Shown here: in pieces, positions 37,113-47,189 of the stretch | Numbering within the stretch: the first letter of the stretch is position 1 | How the letters are laid out: each line of letters starts with the position of its first letter | Source of the DNA: a virus | Lineage: Duplodnaviria > Heunggongvirae > Uroviricota > Caudoviricetes | Length of the DNA: 64,000 nt | Virus record (IMG/VR): IMGVR_UViG_3300017605_000626 | Span: 1 to 64,000 of that record | Direction: 5' to 3' (one strand) | Position numbers and translations under genes: made by a program | Notes under the pieces: generated by a model | The model's input: the letters and a program-made list of their open reading frames with translations, nothing else | Told to the model about the DNA's origin: nothing | Databases searched by the model: none

Positions 37113-38097
37113 AAATTGTTGCTTCTATGTGTTGCTGATCTGCTCTATCTTCAGCCCAATAATATACACAGACTAACTGGTTATCATCACGTTTGAAAAG
37201 CCTTGGATAGCCAATGTCAGAATTATTACCCTGTCTTACTATGTAATTATCCCAAGTTTTACCAAAATCAAATGATTTAGACAAATTTATGGTTCTATAA
37301 GATCTATTTGCATAAACACAAAATAAACAATTTCCTACAGAAATCAATGCTGGAGGATTACCATTATTCCCACCAGTACTAGAAACTCTAGAGGTATACT
37401 TCCATGTCTTACACTCATCTTCTGAAATAAAACAATCAATCCAACAATCACCTCTATATCTTCTACGCAAAGTAACAAATATTTTATTCTCTATTCTGGC
37501 GACTGCTGGCATTACTGCACGAAAGGCGTCACTACAAACTTGAGATATTACATTAAACTTTCCATTTTCAAGTTTAACACAAAAAGTAGAATCACTGCCC
37601 CAATGGTCTTGGTGCCGCGAAGATAAAAACACAAAATCATTTAAAACAGCAGTTCTAGACGTACAAATTAAATTGGGATCTTCAAATATATTAAATCCAT
37701 CTTTTGATTTAAAAAGAAAATATCCTTCCCAATTCTTACCATGATCAGACGAAGAATAAAAACCACCTAAAGGATCACAATCATCACCTCCAGTATCATA
37801 TGCCCCACAAACACGAATAATATTGTCTTTTAAATTGAATGACTTAGGTAGTTCATTATAAACATAGTCAGAAGCACTAAAATCTACATTGGGAACTTCT
37901 ACACTCCATGTTTCTCCCCCATCTAAACTTCTAGCTTGTACTTTCTGGTAAGGCTCTCCTATGTTGTGCATCCCTCCTTTTTCATAAGGCCCTCTCATGA
38001 AACCACAAAGAAACTCATTACCCCATTGCCAATGACCATGATTAGCAGGCCATCCCGCATACATATTTTCTTCAGAATATACAGTTACATGTTTCAT
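37090..38097 (-). CDS. BNR/Asp-box repeat protein (sialidase/glycosyl-hydrolase-like)
   Basis: Four S-x-D-x-G-x-T-W boxes: DGGETW, SDHGKNW, EDECKTW, DFGKTW. Confidence 0.6.
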   Translation of the reverse strand: MKHVTVYSEENMYAGWPANHGHWQWGNEFLCGFMRGPYEKGGMHNIGEPYQKVQARSLDGGETWSVEVPNVDFSASDYVYNELPKSFNLKDNIIRVCGAYDTGGDDCDPLGGFYSSSDHGKNWEGYFLFKSKDGFNIFEDPNLICTSRTAVLNDFVFLSSRHQDHWGSDSTFCVKLENGKFNVISQVCSDAFRAVMPAVARIENKIFVTLRRRYRGDCWIDCFISEDECKTWKYTSRVSSTGGNNGNPPALISVGNCLFCVYANRSYRTINLSKSFDFGKTWDNYIVRQGNNSDIGYPRLFKRDDNQLVCVYYWAEDRADQQHIEATIFDSTEFI

Positions 38098-38098
38098 A

Positions 38099-38587
38099 TT
38101 AATCTGGTATAGGTATTACCTTTGATAATTCAGGAAATTTAAAACCTTCTTCAGTTAATCTTAAAGCTAATGCCATAGAATCTGGTTGACTATAAGGAAT
38201 TCTACGTGTTACTGTACTGCCATACTCTCCTCCTATAATTGGCTGGTTAAATGTAAGTCTTTCAGGGAATCTAGCTGAAATATTACCTGCTAGCGTTTCA
38301 GGATCAACTATATTAGCTATTGTTGTCGGTTCAGAAGGAACTCTAAAAATCCTGTTTGCCAGTATATTAGGATCATTATCATCTGAGTAAGATTGTCTTA
38401 ATACTTGATCCACACCAGTTCTTACTTCTTGAGTAGATCTTGTATCTGGCGCTCTTAAAATATCTCTATCTCTATCGTTGCGAAGTAAAGCTTGACTATA
38501 AGCATAGTCAAAAGTTAAAAAAGGGCTGGCCATTGTGCCATCACCAAAAAAATCACTTCCTCTAGAATTACAATAATATGTTGGCAT
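38099..38587 (-). CDS. hypothetical protein (162 aa)
   Basis: Track ORF. Confidence 0.4.
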   Translation of the reverse strand: MPTYYCNSRGSDFFGDGTMASPFLTFDYAYSQALLRNDRDRDILRAPDTRSTQEVRTGVDQVLRQSYSDDNDPNILANRIFRVPSEPTTIANIVDPETLAGNISARFPERLTFNQPIIGGEYGSTVTRRIPYSQPDSMALALRLTEEGFKFPELSKVIPIPD

Positions 38588-38812
38588 TTACTTAGTCCTC
38601 TTTATCATTGTTACATATATTGGGCTGCCGCCTTTTGCTGCTGTAGCATCACCAGAACCTAGTTCCCACCCAGAGGTTTTTAAAAATTCTACTGTTTTAG
38701 ATAAATTAGGTTCAAATCCAATAATTGTAAGAAATTCTATACCATCTTTTGCGATACCTTCAAAACAAACTTTAACTACTGATGCATCTTTTGATTCTGA
38801 ATACCTTGCCAT
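38588..38812 (-). CDS. hypothetical protein (74 aa)
   Basis: Track ORF. Confidence 0.35.
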   Translation of the reverse strand: MARYSESKDASVVKVCFEGIAKDGIEFLTIIGFEPNLSKTVEFLKTSGWELGSGDATAAKGGSPIYVTMIKRTK

Positions 38813-39237
38813 TACTTCTTCCCCTTCATTTTAACAAATTTCTTTTTATTGTCAAGTACTGTTGTTACTACATGAGAAATCATTCTACTAAAAATTTCTT
38901 CGCTAGCACCATTTAATGCTATACCAATTCTTTCACATACCCCATATACTGCATGAAAAGCTTCATGTGATAAAGTTCCCATTTCTCTAGAGGTTTTTGG
39001 AAAATATGGTAAACAAATAACCGGCCAAGACTCATTATATCTAAAACAAATACCTCTAGTGCCTTCAAAGTCTTTCTCTGATATATCATCTGATAACCAA
39101 GACCTAAGCCAATTGATTATGATTTTTATATCATTGCTTATGATAACATATACCCCATAGTCTTGAACACAGCCGAATTCAATCTTTATAAATGGCGGCG
39201 CTTTTACTTTCTTGCCCTTTTTCTTTGGTTTAATCAT
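38812..39237 (-). CDS. putative HExxH zinc metallopeptidase (141 aa)
   Basis: GTLSHEAFHAVYG. Confidence 0.4.
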   Translation of the reverse strand: MIKPKKKGKKVKAPPFIKIEFGCVQDYGVYVIISNDIKIIINWLRSWLSDDISEKDFEGTRGICFRYNESWPVICLPYFPKTSREMGTLSHEAFHAVYGVCERIGIALNGASEEIFSRMISHVVTTVLDNKKKFVKMKGKK

Positions 39238-39568
39238 TATTTAGGTATTCAACCTTTAAATACTGTTGTTCCATTAATTCATCTACTCGTTTTTCTATAT
39301 CTGGTAACTTTCCTATTATACGTAAAGATTCTTGCTTAAGCCAATTTTGCATCTGAGGGCTTTGGGCCATTTTCTTAAATGCTCTTTGTTTATTAATATG
39401 TTGATGACGTTCTTCTCTACATTCGCCAACAGCTCCAGAAGGTTTGTGAATAATCCGCACACCAGTATTACTAGTATCTTTACCAGACCCGCCCTTTCCA
39501 CCACAAGTAAATGTTTGTATTTCACAGTCTTTAATGCTGACTGATAATATTTTTTGTTTATTCTGCAT
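39230..39568 (-). CDS. RF-1 domain (release-factor / ArfB-like peptidyl-tRNA hydrolase domain) protein with GGS in place of GGQ
   Basis: CGGKGGSGKDTSNTGVRIIHKPSGAVGECREERHQHINKQRAFKKM aligns to the RF-1 domain GPGGQHVNKT.SAVRLTH.PTGIVV.CQ.ERSQ..NK..A. Confidence 0.5.
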   Translation of the reverse strand: MQNKQKILSVSIKDCEIQTFTCGGKGGSGKDTSNTGVRIIHKPSGAVGECREERHQHINKQRAFKKMAQSPQMQNWLKQESLRIIGKLPDIEKRVDELMEQQYLKVEYLNND

Positions 39569-39758
39569 TATAAGCCCATTTATGAATTACTAATAAATGA
39601 TCTTTTTGCTCTAATACTTCTGGATGACAAGGACACTCAGTCGAAGAGTAATCAAGTGTTATATCATGGTATGCATCAATACACGGAAGTATTGTATGAA
39701 CTTCTTTTTCTCTGTCTTTGTACTTTTTCACCACATACTGGTATGACATATTATTCAC
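39558..39758 (-). CDS. hypothetical protein (66 aa)
   Basis: Track ORF. Competes with the overlapping + ORF, which is judged spurious. Confidence 0.3.
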   Translation of the reverse strand: MNNMSYQYVVKKYKDREKEVHTILPCIDAYHDITLDYSSTECPCHPEVLEQKDHLLVIHKWAYNAE

Positions 39759-40083
39759 AGTTCTTTAATAGTATATAAGTATTGTTTTTTAAACTAATTA
39801 AACCTTCTTTTACATCTAATACTTCTTCTGATGGTATAGACAGTATCTCTGCTATTCTAGGAAACAGCTTATTTGAGAATAGAAGAATCTCGCCAGTTTC
39901 GTATACACAGCACTCTTTAGAAGCTTCCAACAATCTTTCTGCGGTTGCTGGTAAAAGTTCTATAAATGATCCAACAACTTTAAAATATTTTTTATCTACG
40001 CAGTCAAAGAAGTGTTCTAATTCTTGCCCATTTTCTTTACCAACAACGTAATAAGCTAGACTACTGTTAAAATCTAGAAACAT
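39751..40083 (-). CDS. hypothetical protein (110 aa)
   Basis: Track ORF. Confidence 0.4.
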   Translation of the reverse strand: MFLDFNSSLAYYVVGKENGQELEHFFDCVDKKYFKVVGSFIELLPATAERLLEASKECCVYETGEILLFSNKLFPRIAEILSIPSEEVLDVKEGLISLKNNTYILLKNCE

Positions 40084-40088
40084 ATATT

Positions 40089-40556
40089 TTACGGAACTAC
40101 GTTGATAGATACCTTTGTAACTCGGCTATTCTTCTCTTCTTTAGGTGCTGGTACAACTACAGATAAAATTCCATTACTCATAAAAGCTTTTACATTTGTT
40201 TTGTCAAAACCTTTAGGTAACAAAATTCTCTTTGAAAATTGATACCTACTAAATCTAGTTGCGATCTTAGGCTCTTCTTTCTTGCCAACTATAACCAGAA
40301 AATCTCCATCAATGGTAATTTCTATATCTTTAATACTATAGCCGGGTGTTTCAAACCTATAAGTATAAGTTTCTTCATCTTTAATTAGTTCATGACGTTG
40401 ATCTTCCAATTTATCAAACTCTCTTCGAATAAAATCATAATTCTTATAACTAGGCTGTCCGTCTAAAATATTGTTTATTACATGTAAAAAATTATCAAAC
40501 TTATCTACACTACGGTTATTAATAACTTTGGTTGGTTTTGTTGCTGTTAGTCTCAT
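40089..40556 (-). CDS. small heat-shock protein (Hsp20/alpha-crystallin domain)
   Basis: FSKRILLPKGFDKTNVKAFMSNGILSVVVPAPKE matches the ACD C-terminal consensus. Confidence 0.55.
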   Translation of the reverse strand: MRLTATKPTKVINNRSVDKFDNFLHVINNILDGQPSYKNYDFIRREFDKLEDQRHELIKDEETYTYRFETPGYSIKDIEITIDGDFLVIVGKKEEPKIATRFSRYQFSKRILLPKGFDKTNVKAFMSNGILSVVVPAPKEEKNSRVTKVSINVVP

Positions 40557-40660
40557 TTGTTTTATCCTTTCAATTTACGTGGTAAGTGAGGCGTCTGGAA
40601 TTTCACCTTGTTAACTCACTTAAGATCAACAACGATTACGTGTAATACACGCTACCACGT

Positions 40661-41197
40661 TTATTCCTTTCTAAATAATGTAGGTGCTTTCACCAGATAT
40701 TGCCCTTTCAAAATTGCTCCGGGCTTCATCTGTTCCATAATAGTACATTCTAACTGCTCTTCAAGACTTTCAGAAGAAAATGGACGATATATGTGCAATA
40801 CATCATAATCTCCATAGTTCTTAAAGTCTAAGGCGTTCATATTAAATATATGCCCACCAGGATCGTCATAAACTGTTTCTAAAATTCTTAATGTGGCAGG
40901 ATCATTTTCAATCCCGAACTCATTAAAACCAAATGCTCTAGCTATTAAGAGAGTAATACCAGTTCCACAGCCAATATCTAAAAATTTAATTGAAGGAGTG
41001 GAATAGAAGTAATCTGTTGTATTAGGTATGCAGTTTAACTTTGCTGCCATCTCTGACATAAAAGTGTAAAATTCTGGAAGGTCACACCCTAAGTACCAGA
41101 ATTGATCTGGCATCTCGGCACTACCGGAAACAATTCTAGAATGCTTCTTTGAGATATTATTTAAAACTGTGAATAAAACCTTGCTATCATCATGCAT
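40661..41197 (-). CDS. class I SAM-dependent methyltransferase
   Basis: LDIGCGTGITLLIA motif I. Confidence 0.55.
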   Translation of the reverse strand: MHDDSKVLFTVLNNISKKHSRIVSGSAEMPDQFWYLGCDLPEFYTFMSEMAAKLNCIPNTTDYFYSTPSIKFLDIGCGTGITLLIARAFGFNEFGIENDPATLRILETVYDDPGGHIFNMNALDFKNYGDYDVLHIYRPFSSESLEEQLECTIMEQMKPGAILKGQYLVKAPTLFRKE

Positions 41198-41200
41198 ATT

Positions 41201-41530
41201 TTAATTGCCTTCAGTTATATTATAACTTTCAATACATAAAAAATCTTTAACTCGATTAATAGACTTTTGCTTTTTTATGCTAGAAGAAAATACCATGTCA
41301 CAAAAAAACTGGGAAGAATTCTCTATAAAATGCTTTTTCCATTCTGGGTATTCCTCGTCCAATATTTGATTAATCGTCTCGTCATCAAGCTCTTCATTAT
41401 ACTCTTCTTTAAAAAAAGCCGCAGCCTCTTCCAAACATCTCTGCTCCATCTTTTGTTCACTAAAATTAATTTGTATTTTCAATTTGGGTATCTGTGTCCT
41501 CAACTTCAGGAAGATACTCAACGTTATCAA
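41201..41530 (-). CDS. hypothetical acidic protein (109 aa)
   Basis: Track ORF. Confidence 0.4.
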   Translation of the reverse strand: MITLSIFLKLRTQIPKLKIQINFSEQKMEQRCLEEAAAFFKEEYNEELDDETINQILDEEYPEWKKHFIENSSQFFCDMVFSSSIKKQKSINRVKDFLCIESYNITEGN

Positions 41531-41825
41531 CGGTAATTAGGTATACTTGTTGAGGTCCATAATGTTTCATACCTATGTGGGTATCAGATGTTGAATAAAC
41601 TCCCTGTCTGGATATTTTCTTCATTTCTGCCTGTATGATTTTCTCAATAATTGGAAAATTTATTTCAGCAGAATTTTCTTCTATAGTGTAAGGGCCTGTT
41701 TTAAGTTTAATCCCATCACCATTTATAAACAGCACTGTGAATAATATATGAAATTTCATTTTATACAATGTAGAATAATTGTGGTTCTTCTTCTCTGGAA
41801 ACAAAAACTTTAACGTTCTTTCCAA
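41466..41825 (-). CDS. hypothetical protein, possibly exported (the start is probably the internal MKFHILFTVLF)
   Basis: Signal-peptide-like segment. Overlaps its neighbours. Confidence 0.35.
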   Translation of the reverse strand: MERTLKFLFPEKKNHNYSTLYKMKFHILFTVLFINGDGIKLKTGPYTIEENSAEINFPIIEKIIQAEMKKISRQGVYSTSDTHIGMKHYGPQQVYLITVDNVEYLPEVEDTDTQIENTN

Positions 41826-42096
41826 AAACGTCCATTAATATGCTAGGATCTAGTATACTAAATCTTTCCTTCAAAAACAAGCAAATTTCTTGTTTATCTA
41901 AAGAAAGTTGATAGCTATCTTCATTAAGTTTAAATGACTCTATATTCTCTGCAACTTCAACAGAATCATCTGACTCATAAAGTATAAAAGAAAAATTATC
42001 AAGGGAAGGGAAGTAATCAAATACTTCCCTTGTAATCTCCTCAAAATACTGTTCAGCAGCCTCTTTTACCTGTTCTTTCAAGAAATCTGAATTCAT
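41761..42096 (-). CDS. hypothetical acidic protein (111 aa)
   Basis: Track ORF. Confidence 0.4.
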   Translation of the reverse strand: MNSDFLKEQVKEAAEQYFEEITREVFDYFPSLDNFSFILYESDDSVEVAENIESFKLNEDSYQLSLDKQEICLFLKERFSILDPSILMDVFGKNVKVFVSREEEPQLFYIV

Positions 42097-42920
42097 TACT
42101 TTTTCTTTCCAAATATATCTTTTAACTTGTATTTCTTACCTGACTCTATCTTCTTGTACTTTTTTGGAGTTGGCACAAATCTTAAAACTTCATCTATACC
42201 AATTTTTACATCTTTCTTTAGAGGTTCAAATTCTGGAATATCTTTTGTAGACTCTAAATTGTTTGCATCAAATCCAGATAAGAAAGTAGATGTACTACCA
42301 ATGTTAGAATTAGCGCCACTAGCATAAGACAATGTTCTCTGTCTAGTGTTCTTATTCACCACCACGCCGCCTCTACCACTATAATTACTTATAGTATTAC
42401 CGTGTGCAATGCCAATACCTTGAGCAGTAGTCCAAGCACTTTGATCAGCACCTAAATAAGTAAAGGTCCAATTACCAAGCTTCTGCTTTTCATCAATTAT
42501 AGTGCGGATTGCCTGCTGAGTATATTCAGTTGAAGCATTCTCCCTACCATCGGTCATGACCATAGCCAATACTTTGTAATCACCGAGTTTCTTAGTTTTA
42601 ATCGCATCTTCAAAAGCCTTTACCGTTATTCCAATAGAATCATACAAAGCAGTCCATCCATTAGGGCTATAATTTTCCTTTGTAAGTTCTGGAATCTCTG
42701 CAATAGGGACTAAGTTATGTAGTACGCTGGCCTTAGTATTAAACTTAGCAAATGACATGTAAATATTCTTAGCCAACTTGCTCTCTTTAATGCCCCGCAC
42801 ATACTCATTAAATCCAGAAATAGTCTCATCAATATTCTGAGCCATTGATCCAGACTCATCAATAATATACAGAACTACAGTTTTTACATCTTTTACTGCT
42901 TTCTTAATTGTCTTTCTCAT
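42096..42920 (-). CDS. vWA-domain protein
   Basis: VVLYIIDESGSMAQ MIDAS motif (DxSGS), downstream T and D. Confidence 0.6.
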   Translation of the reverse strand: MRKTIKKAVKDVKTVVLYIIDESGSMAQNIDETISGFNEYVRGIKESKLAKNIYMSFAKFNTKASVLHNLVPIAEIPELTKENYSPNGWTALYDSIGITVKAFEDAIKTKKLGDYKVLAMVMTDGRENASTEYTQQAIRTIIDEKQKLGNWTFTYLGADQSAWTTAQGIGIAHGNTISNYSGRGGVVVNKNTRQRTLSYASGANSNIGSTSTFLSGFDANNLESTKDIPEFEPLKKDVKIGIDEVLRFVPTPKKYKKIESGKKYKLKDIFGKKK

Positions 42921-42926
42921 TGTTAT

Positions 42927-43205
42927 TTATCCTTTATTTACAAAAGCCAATAAAATTTCTTTTACCTTTTTAACTTCATCAAATACGTCTTGAATTGTTG
43001 TTCCTGTAGGCTTTACATTAACTCCGTCTTTATCTGTTCCCGGAAATACACTACCACCTTTTCCACTTGGTGTAGGAAAATCACTTACTGCTTGCGGATA
43101 AACCCGCTCACCAGAATCATCCACCCAATAATTATATCCAGCTTCTCCAGTCAACTTCGGTGTTCCAACTGCATCACTATTATCTTTAACTCTTTTCCAA
43201 GCCAT
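42927..43205 (-). CDS. hypothetical protein (92 aa)
   Basis: Track ORF. Confidence 0.4.
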   Translation of the reverse strand: MAWKRVKDNSDAVGTPKLTGEAGYNYWVDDSGERVYPQAVSDFPTPSGKGGSVFPGTDKDGVNVKPTGTTIQDVFDEVKKVKEILLAFVNKG

Positions 43206-43326
43206 TTTTATTTCTCCTATAAATTAGTTTATTTCAATTCCTTCTAAATTATCTTCATATGGTGACGGCCACTCTAACGATTCTCTTTGTCTTTCCCAAT
43301 CTGTTTTATCTACTTCGTCTGCCATA

Positions 43327-43785
43327 TTATCTCCCGCTTGAGCCAAATCCCTGTGCTCCTCTTACAGTCTCAGTTAGTTTTTCAACCTCTACAACTTCAT
43401 CATGTGGTATTTCTACCCTTATTAATTGTGCTATTTTATCTCCACGTCTTATTCTATATGGTTTTTCAAACGGCCTATACGCTAGCAAAACAACAATCTC
43501 TCCAGTATATTTAGAATCAATTACTCCTCCAACTACTTGAATGCCTTTCAATGCCATTGAAGATCTAGTTTCCAATTTAGCTCCAGCAGATGGTGTAAAT
43601 TCTATAGCAACTCCAGTTCTTACTTTATGCACCCCCCAACCAAAACCAAACTCAGTGTCTTCTAAGGCAAATAAGTCATAACCAATATCACCGTCATGTG
43701 CTAACTTTGGTAATATAGCTCTATCATCTAATTTCTTTACTAATAATGCCATTAAATCTCCTTTAAATAAAATCTTGTCCGGCAT
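43327..43785 (-). CDS. dut: dUTP diphosphatase (dUTPase)
   Basis: C-terminal motif V RGAQGFGSSGR and overall trimeric-dUTPase length (152 aa). Confidence 0.8.
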   Translation of the reverse strand: MPDKILFKGDLMALLVKKLDDRAILPKLAHDGDIGYDLFALEDTEFGFGWGVHKVRTGVAIEFTPSAGAKLETRSSMALKGIQVVGGVIDSKYTGEIVVLLAYRPFEKPYRIRRGDKIAQLIRVEIPHDEVVEVEKLTETVRGAQGFGSSGR

Positions 43786-43969
43786 CTACTCCAATTGCTT
43801 TAGTTCTTATTTTTGTTGGATGCTGCCAATACCATTGATTTTGAAACTTTGAGTAAACTGCCTCATGATCGCACTGATAACAAGTTCCACACAAAGAGCA
43901 AACATAGTGACTAGGACATTCACATTTCTTATCCTTACTTACAGGTTTTAAGTGACAGAAGCAACTCAT
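43763..43969 (-). CDS. zinc-finger protein (68 aa)
   Basis: C.C..H..CSLCGTCYQCDH. Confidence 0.4.
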   Translation of the reverse strand: MSCFCHLKPVSKDKKCECPSHYVCSLCGTCYQCDHEAVYSKFQNQWYWQHPTKIRTKAIGVDAGQDFI

Positions 43970-44590
43970 TTAAACAAAAACCGTTTTCATGAAAAAACCA
44001 GAATTTACATTACCATCATTATTAAATGCACTATTGGGAGTAAATTCATTTACTGAGCCATTACACTCTAATTCTAAAAATTCTCCGTTTTGTTGGAAAT
44101 TAAATTGTAACGTGCAAGCTGGATTGTATAAATGTATTTCATTTCCTGCAATAGGACTTTGTGACACAAACAATATTTCTTTTTGTATAACATCTTCACT
44201 ACTAATATTATATTCTATTTTTTGTGAACTAATAATGCTAGCATTAAGACCAGAAATAGCTTCAAATTCTAGATCATCAAATTGCTCTAAAATAAATTCA
44301 ACTGTACAAGTTCTTGGATCAATACTACGAAAAGTAGCTGAACCATGCGTCTTTCCAATATAAGACCAACCTTTCTCACAGATATTATTTGTGTTCCCAT
44401 TCATCTTTGTTACAGAAGAATAATTTATATTATTTATGGGCCTTACAAATACGTGTGGTTCTGGCATAAACCACACTCTAGCTCTGTCTGGTGCTCGTCT
44501 AACTTCAGATAAAGTATTTTCACTATTTTCTTTTGGATATACTCTTATTAATCCATGACTCATACTATTAGTATAACACCTCTCGTGCAC
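43970..44590 (-). CDS. hypothetical protein (206 aa)
   Basis: Track ORF. Confidence 0.45.
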   Translation of the reverse strand: MHERCYTNSMSHGLIRVYPKENSENTLSEVRRAPDRARVWFMPEPHVFVRPINNINYSSVTKMNGNTNNICEKGWSYIGKTHGSATFRSIDPRTCTVEFILEQFDDLEFEAISGLNASIISSQKIEYNISSEDVIQKEILFVSQSPIAGNEIHLYNPACTLQFNFQQNGEFLELECNGSVNEFTPNSAFNNDGNVNSGFFMKTVFV

Positions 44591-44599
44591 TTTGTCAAA

Positions 44600-46855
44600 C
44601 TATTCTTTAGTCCAAAAATCCTCAACATGCAGCTCACTTCTAAATGGAATGCTTTTTACATATGCATTACCTGCTCTGACCATACAATCATCAATAACTT
44701 TTAATGCTTTTTCTACATTTTGTTCCGGCACTTCAATTAATAATTCATCATATACATTATTTTCAAGGAACATTCCTAGCTCATCCATGTAATGCCAGAG
44801 AAACGGCTTACCATTTTCATCAAAACCACACCCCATTGCCATCTTAAGCATGTCACAGCCAGTGCCCTGAATCACAGCATTTTTACCCTCACGTTCTGTA
44901 GCTAAACTCATCATGAATAACTTTCTATTAATTTCTCTCTTGTATTTGGCCATGAACATCTTTCTAAATACATCATTCGCTTTGTCTTCTTTCTTAACTT
45001 TATAATCAGTCATTACTAGATTAGTGCATGTTTCAAAAGTCGGTCTAATATAGTGCCTTATCCTTCCAGCTATAGTTCTACTCATTAGAGTTTCTTTGGC
45101 AGATTTACCAGATCTTTCTAGATATTTAATAAGATTAGGAACAGCCTGATAATATGTAGTTAATAATTCTTTAGCTTCTTTTATAGAAATATTTAAATCA
45201 TCTGCTAATTTCTTTTCTGTCATTCCATAAGCAATACCAAAGTTAATAGACTTTACAGCATCCCTTAATTTCTTGTGCTCTGGGCAATCGCATTTTTTAT
45301 GATCATCAAAAAAGTAAGCACAATCATCAAGAGGCTGTCCCTTTTTATCTCCTTTATTATAAAAAAGCTTTACTCCCTCAAAAGTACCATCCTTTGCAAA
45401 ACCATTCTGCCATTTATCCTTAAACATGACTTCTGCTACTACTGAATGTACGTCCCATTCTTTATTAAACGCCTCAACCCAACTAGGTTCCTGACTAAGC
45501 TCTGTCATGATTCTCAGCTCTTGTCCAGAGAAATCAGCAGTAATCATCTTATAACCTGGTCTAGCTATAAAACATCTTCTCCATTTTGAATCTTTAGGAA
45601 TATTATAAAGATTAGGTTCGGCACAACTAGGTCGGCCAGTTCTAGCTCCAATCAATCTGAATTCAGCATGAATCCTGCCAGTTTCTTTCTTAATAGACTT
45701 TATATAAGGTTCATCGTATGTTGTAATAAGTTTATTCAACCTCCTAAATTCTTTAAGTAAAGAAATAACTTTAAACTCACTCGAAAGTAGTAATAAAGTT
45801 CTGTCTTTTGTGTCCTTTAACTTTCTGGCAGGAATTCCTGTTTTTAGCAAAGCCTCTAGTAGTTGTTTGGGGGATTCGTAGTCTAATAGAGCTAAACCCT
45901 CTGATTTACTAGCAAGCCTTGCCTTCTCATTAACTTCTCTTCTTGCTTCTTCAAACTCCTTTCTTTTAAATTTTCTCAGCTCCCTGTCTACTTCATTTCT
46001 CCATGATTCTTCTAAACCTGTTAAATCTTTCTGTACATCATCCTTTCTTCCACAAATTGGAATGAAGAATTCGTCCATTTGTGAAATAACTTTTTTCTTC
46101 TCTTCCTCTACTTCTGCCATTCTGAGCTTCCACTGGTCTTTATCCAGAAGTAACCCGTTTAGGTGCTGGTCACAGAAGGCTGGTAATGCATCACAATCGA
46201 CCTGTACTGCGTTCTTTATTCCCATCGAGGTCAATATACCTTCCTGACCTTTCATAACAGCCAGTGGCAATCTAACGTCTAATGCCGCATATAAGAATTG
46301 TTCATCAGTGAGTGGACTGGTTAAATCAAATGTCTTTTGCTGGCTTTTATCTATAATAAGACCACAATAACGAGCCACACAATCATCTAAAGCCCAGAAA
46401 TCTTTAATTGTAAAGGGAATCTGACCAGTATATATGTTCTGTTCAGCTATATAGCAATCATAAAGATTCCATAATTTAATACCTAAACACCACTTAAGTA
46501 CTGTATAATCAAAGACAGCATTAAACAAAACCTTCTTTGTTTTGTTAGTTTCCAAATACTTCTTAAGCAGGGCAACCAAATCGGCAAACTCAGGCCCGCC
46601 CTTATAATTGCCTTGTGAATTAACTAGATCTTTACTAAAGCCTAACAAGTCAATTACACACTGAGCTTCTTTATTGCCAATTTGGATTGTCCTTATTCTT
46701 CTATCGAAGAAATCTTTAGTAATGTTGCCTTCAGTATCTACAACAAACACTTCCGTTCTGGACAAAAACTCTTCCAAGAGGGGAAGTTTATCATTTGAAT
46801 CTATAAGAATTGGATTTAGCTTTGGATTTAGGTTTTCTACGTTTAATAGTTCCAT
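44600..46855 (-). CDS. family-A DNA polymerase with N-terminal 3'-5' exonuclease
   Basis: Exo I VVDTEGN. Pol A motif A ITADFSGQELRIM, motif B RDAVKSINFGIAYG, motif C VYDELLIEV. SD AAAGGAA. Confidence 0.9.
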   Translation of the reverse strand: MELLNVENLNPKLNPILIDSNDKLPLLEEFLSRTEVFVVDTEGNITKDFFDRRIRTIQIGNKEAQCVIDLLGFSKDLVNSQGNYKGGPEFADLVALLKKYLETNKTKKVLFNAVFDYTVLKWCLGIKLWNLYDCYIAEQNIYTGQIPFTIKDFWALDDCVARYCGLIIDKSQQKTFDLTSPLTDEQFLYAALDVRLPLAVMKGQEGILTSMGIKNAVQVDCDALPAFCDQHLNGLLLDKDQWKLRMAEVEEEKKKVISQMDEFFIPICGRKDDVQKDLTGLEESWRNEVDRELRKFKRKEFEEARREVNEKARLASKSEGLALLDYESPKQLLEALLKTGIPARKLKDTKDRTLLLLSSEFKVISLLKEFRRLNKLITTYDEPYIKSIKKETGRIHAEFRLIGARTGRPSCAEPNLYNIPKDSKWRRCFIARPGYKMITADFSGQELRIMTELSQEPSWVEAFNKEWDVHSVVAEVMFKDKWQNGFAKDGTFEGVKLFYNKGDKKGQPLDDCAYFFDDHKKCDCPEHKKLRDAVKSINFGIAYGMTEKKLADDLNISIKEAKELLTTYYQAVPNLIKYLERSGKSAKETLMSRTIAGRIRHYIRPTFETCTNLVMTDYKVKKEDKANDVFRKMFMAKYKREINRKLFMMSLATEREGKNAVIQGTGCDMLKMAMGCGFDENGKPFLWHYMDELGMFLENNVYDELLIEVPEQNVEKALKVIDDCMVRAGNAYVKSIPFRSELHVEDFWTKE

Positions 46856-46876
46856 AGTTCCTTTCAGTTTAAAATC

Positions 46877-46905
46877 ACTATACTACAATTTAACTTTTTT
46901 GTCAA
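46877..46905 (-). promoter_or_regulatory. sigma70 consensus promoter for the leftward (polymerase) operon
   Basis: Minus strand reads TTGACA-17nt-TATAGT, then AAAGGAA SD, then ATG. Confidence 0.6.
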
Positions 46906-46948
46906 CATGTTTATTTTTAAAAAATGTGCTAAAAAGTGAAAATAGTTC

Positions 46949-46977
46949 TTGACAAATCTTACTTTTCATGGTATAAT
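46949..46977 (+). promoter_or_regulatory. sigma70 consensus promoter (extended -10) for the rightward late block
   Basis: TTGACA-17nt-TGgTATAAT. Confidence 0.65.
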
Positions 46978-47189
46978 ATCCTTCGTTGTTGAACGAGGTC
47001 AATGACTATAGTGAGTTTACAGTGAGAAACCAATGTTATACAAACAACAATGTAAACCCAATGTAATCACATACTTACACATGAATATACTATATATAGT
47101 ATATAGTGTAGTACCTAAAGTATAGATATATAAGAGATTAGAGTATATATTAGAGTATAAGTAATGAATATATAAAGGATTATGACTAT

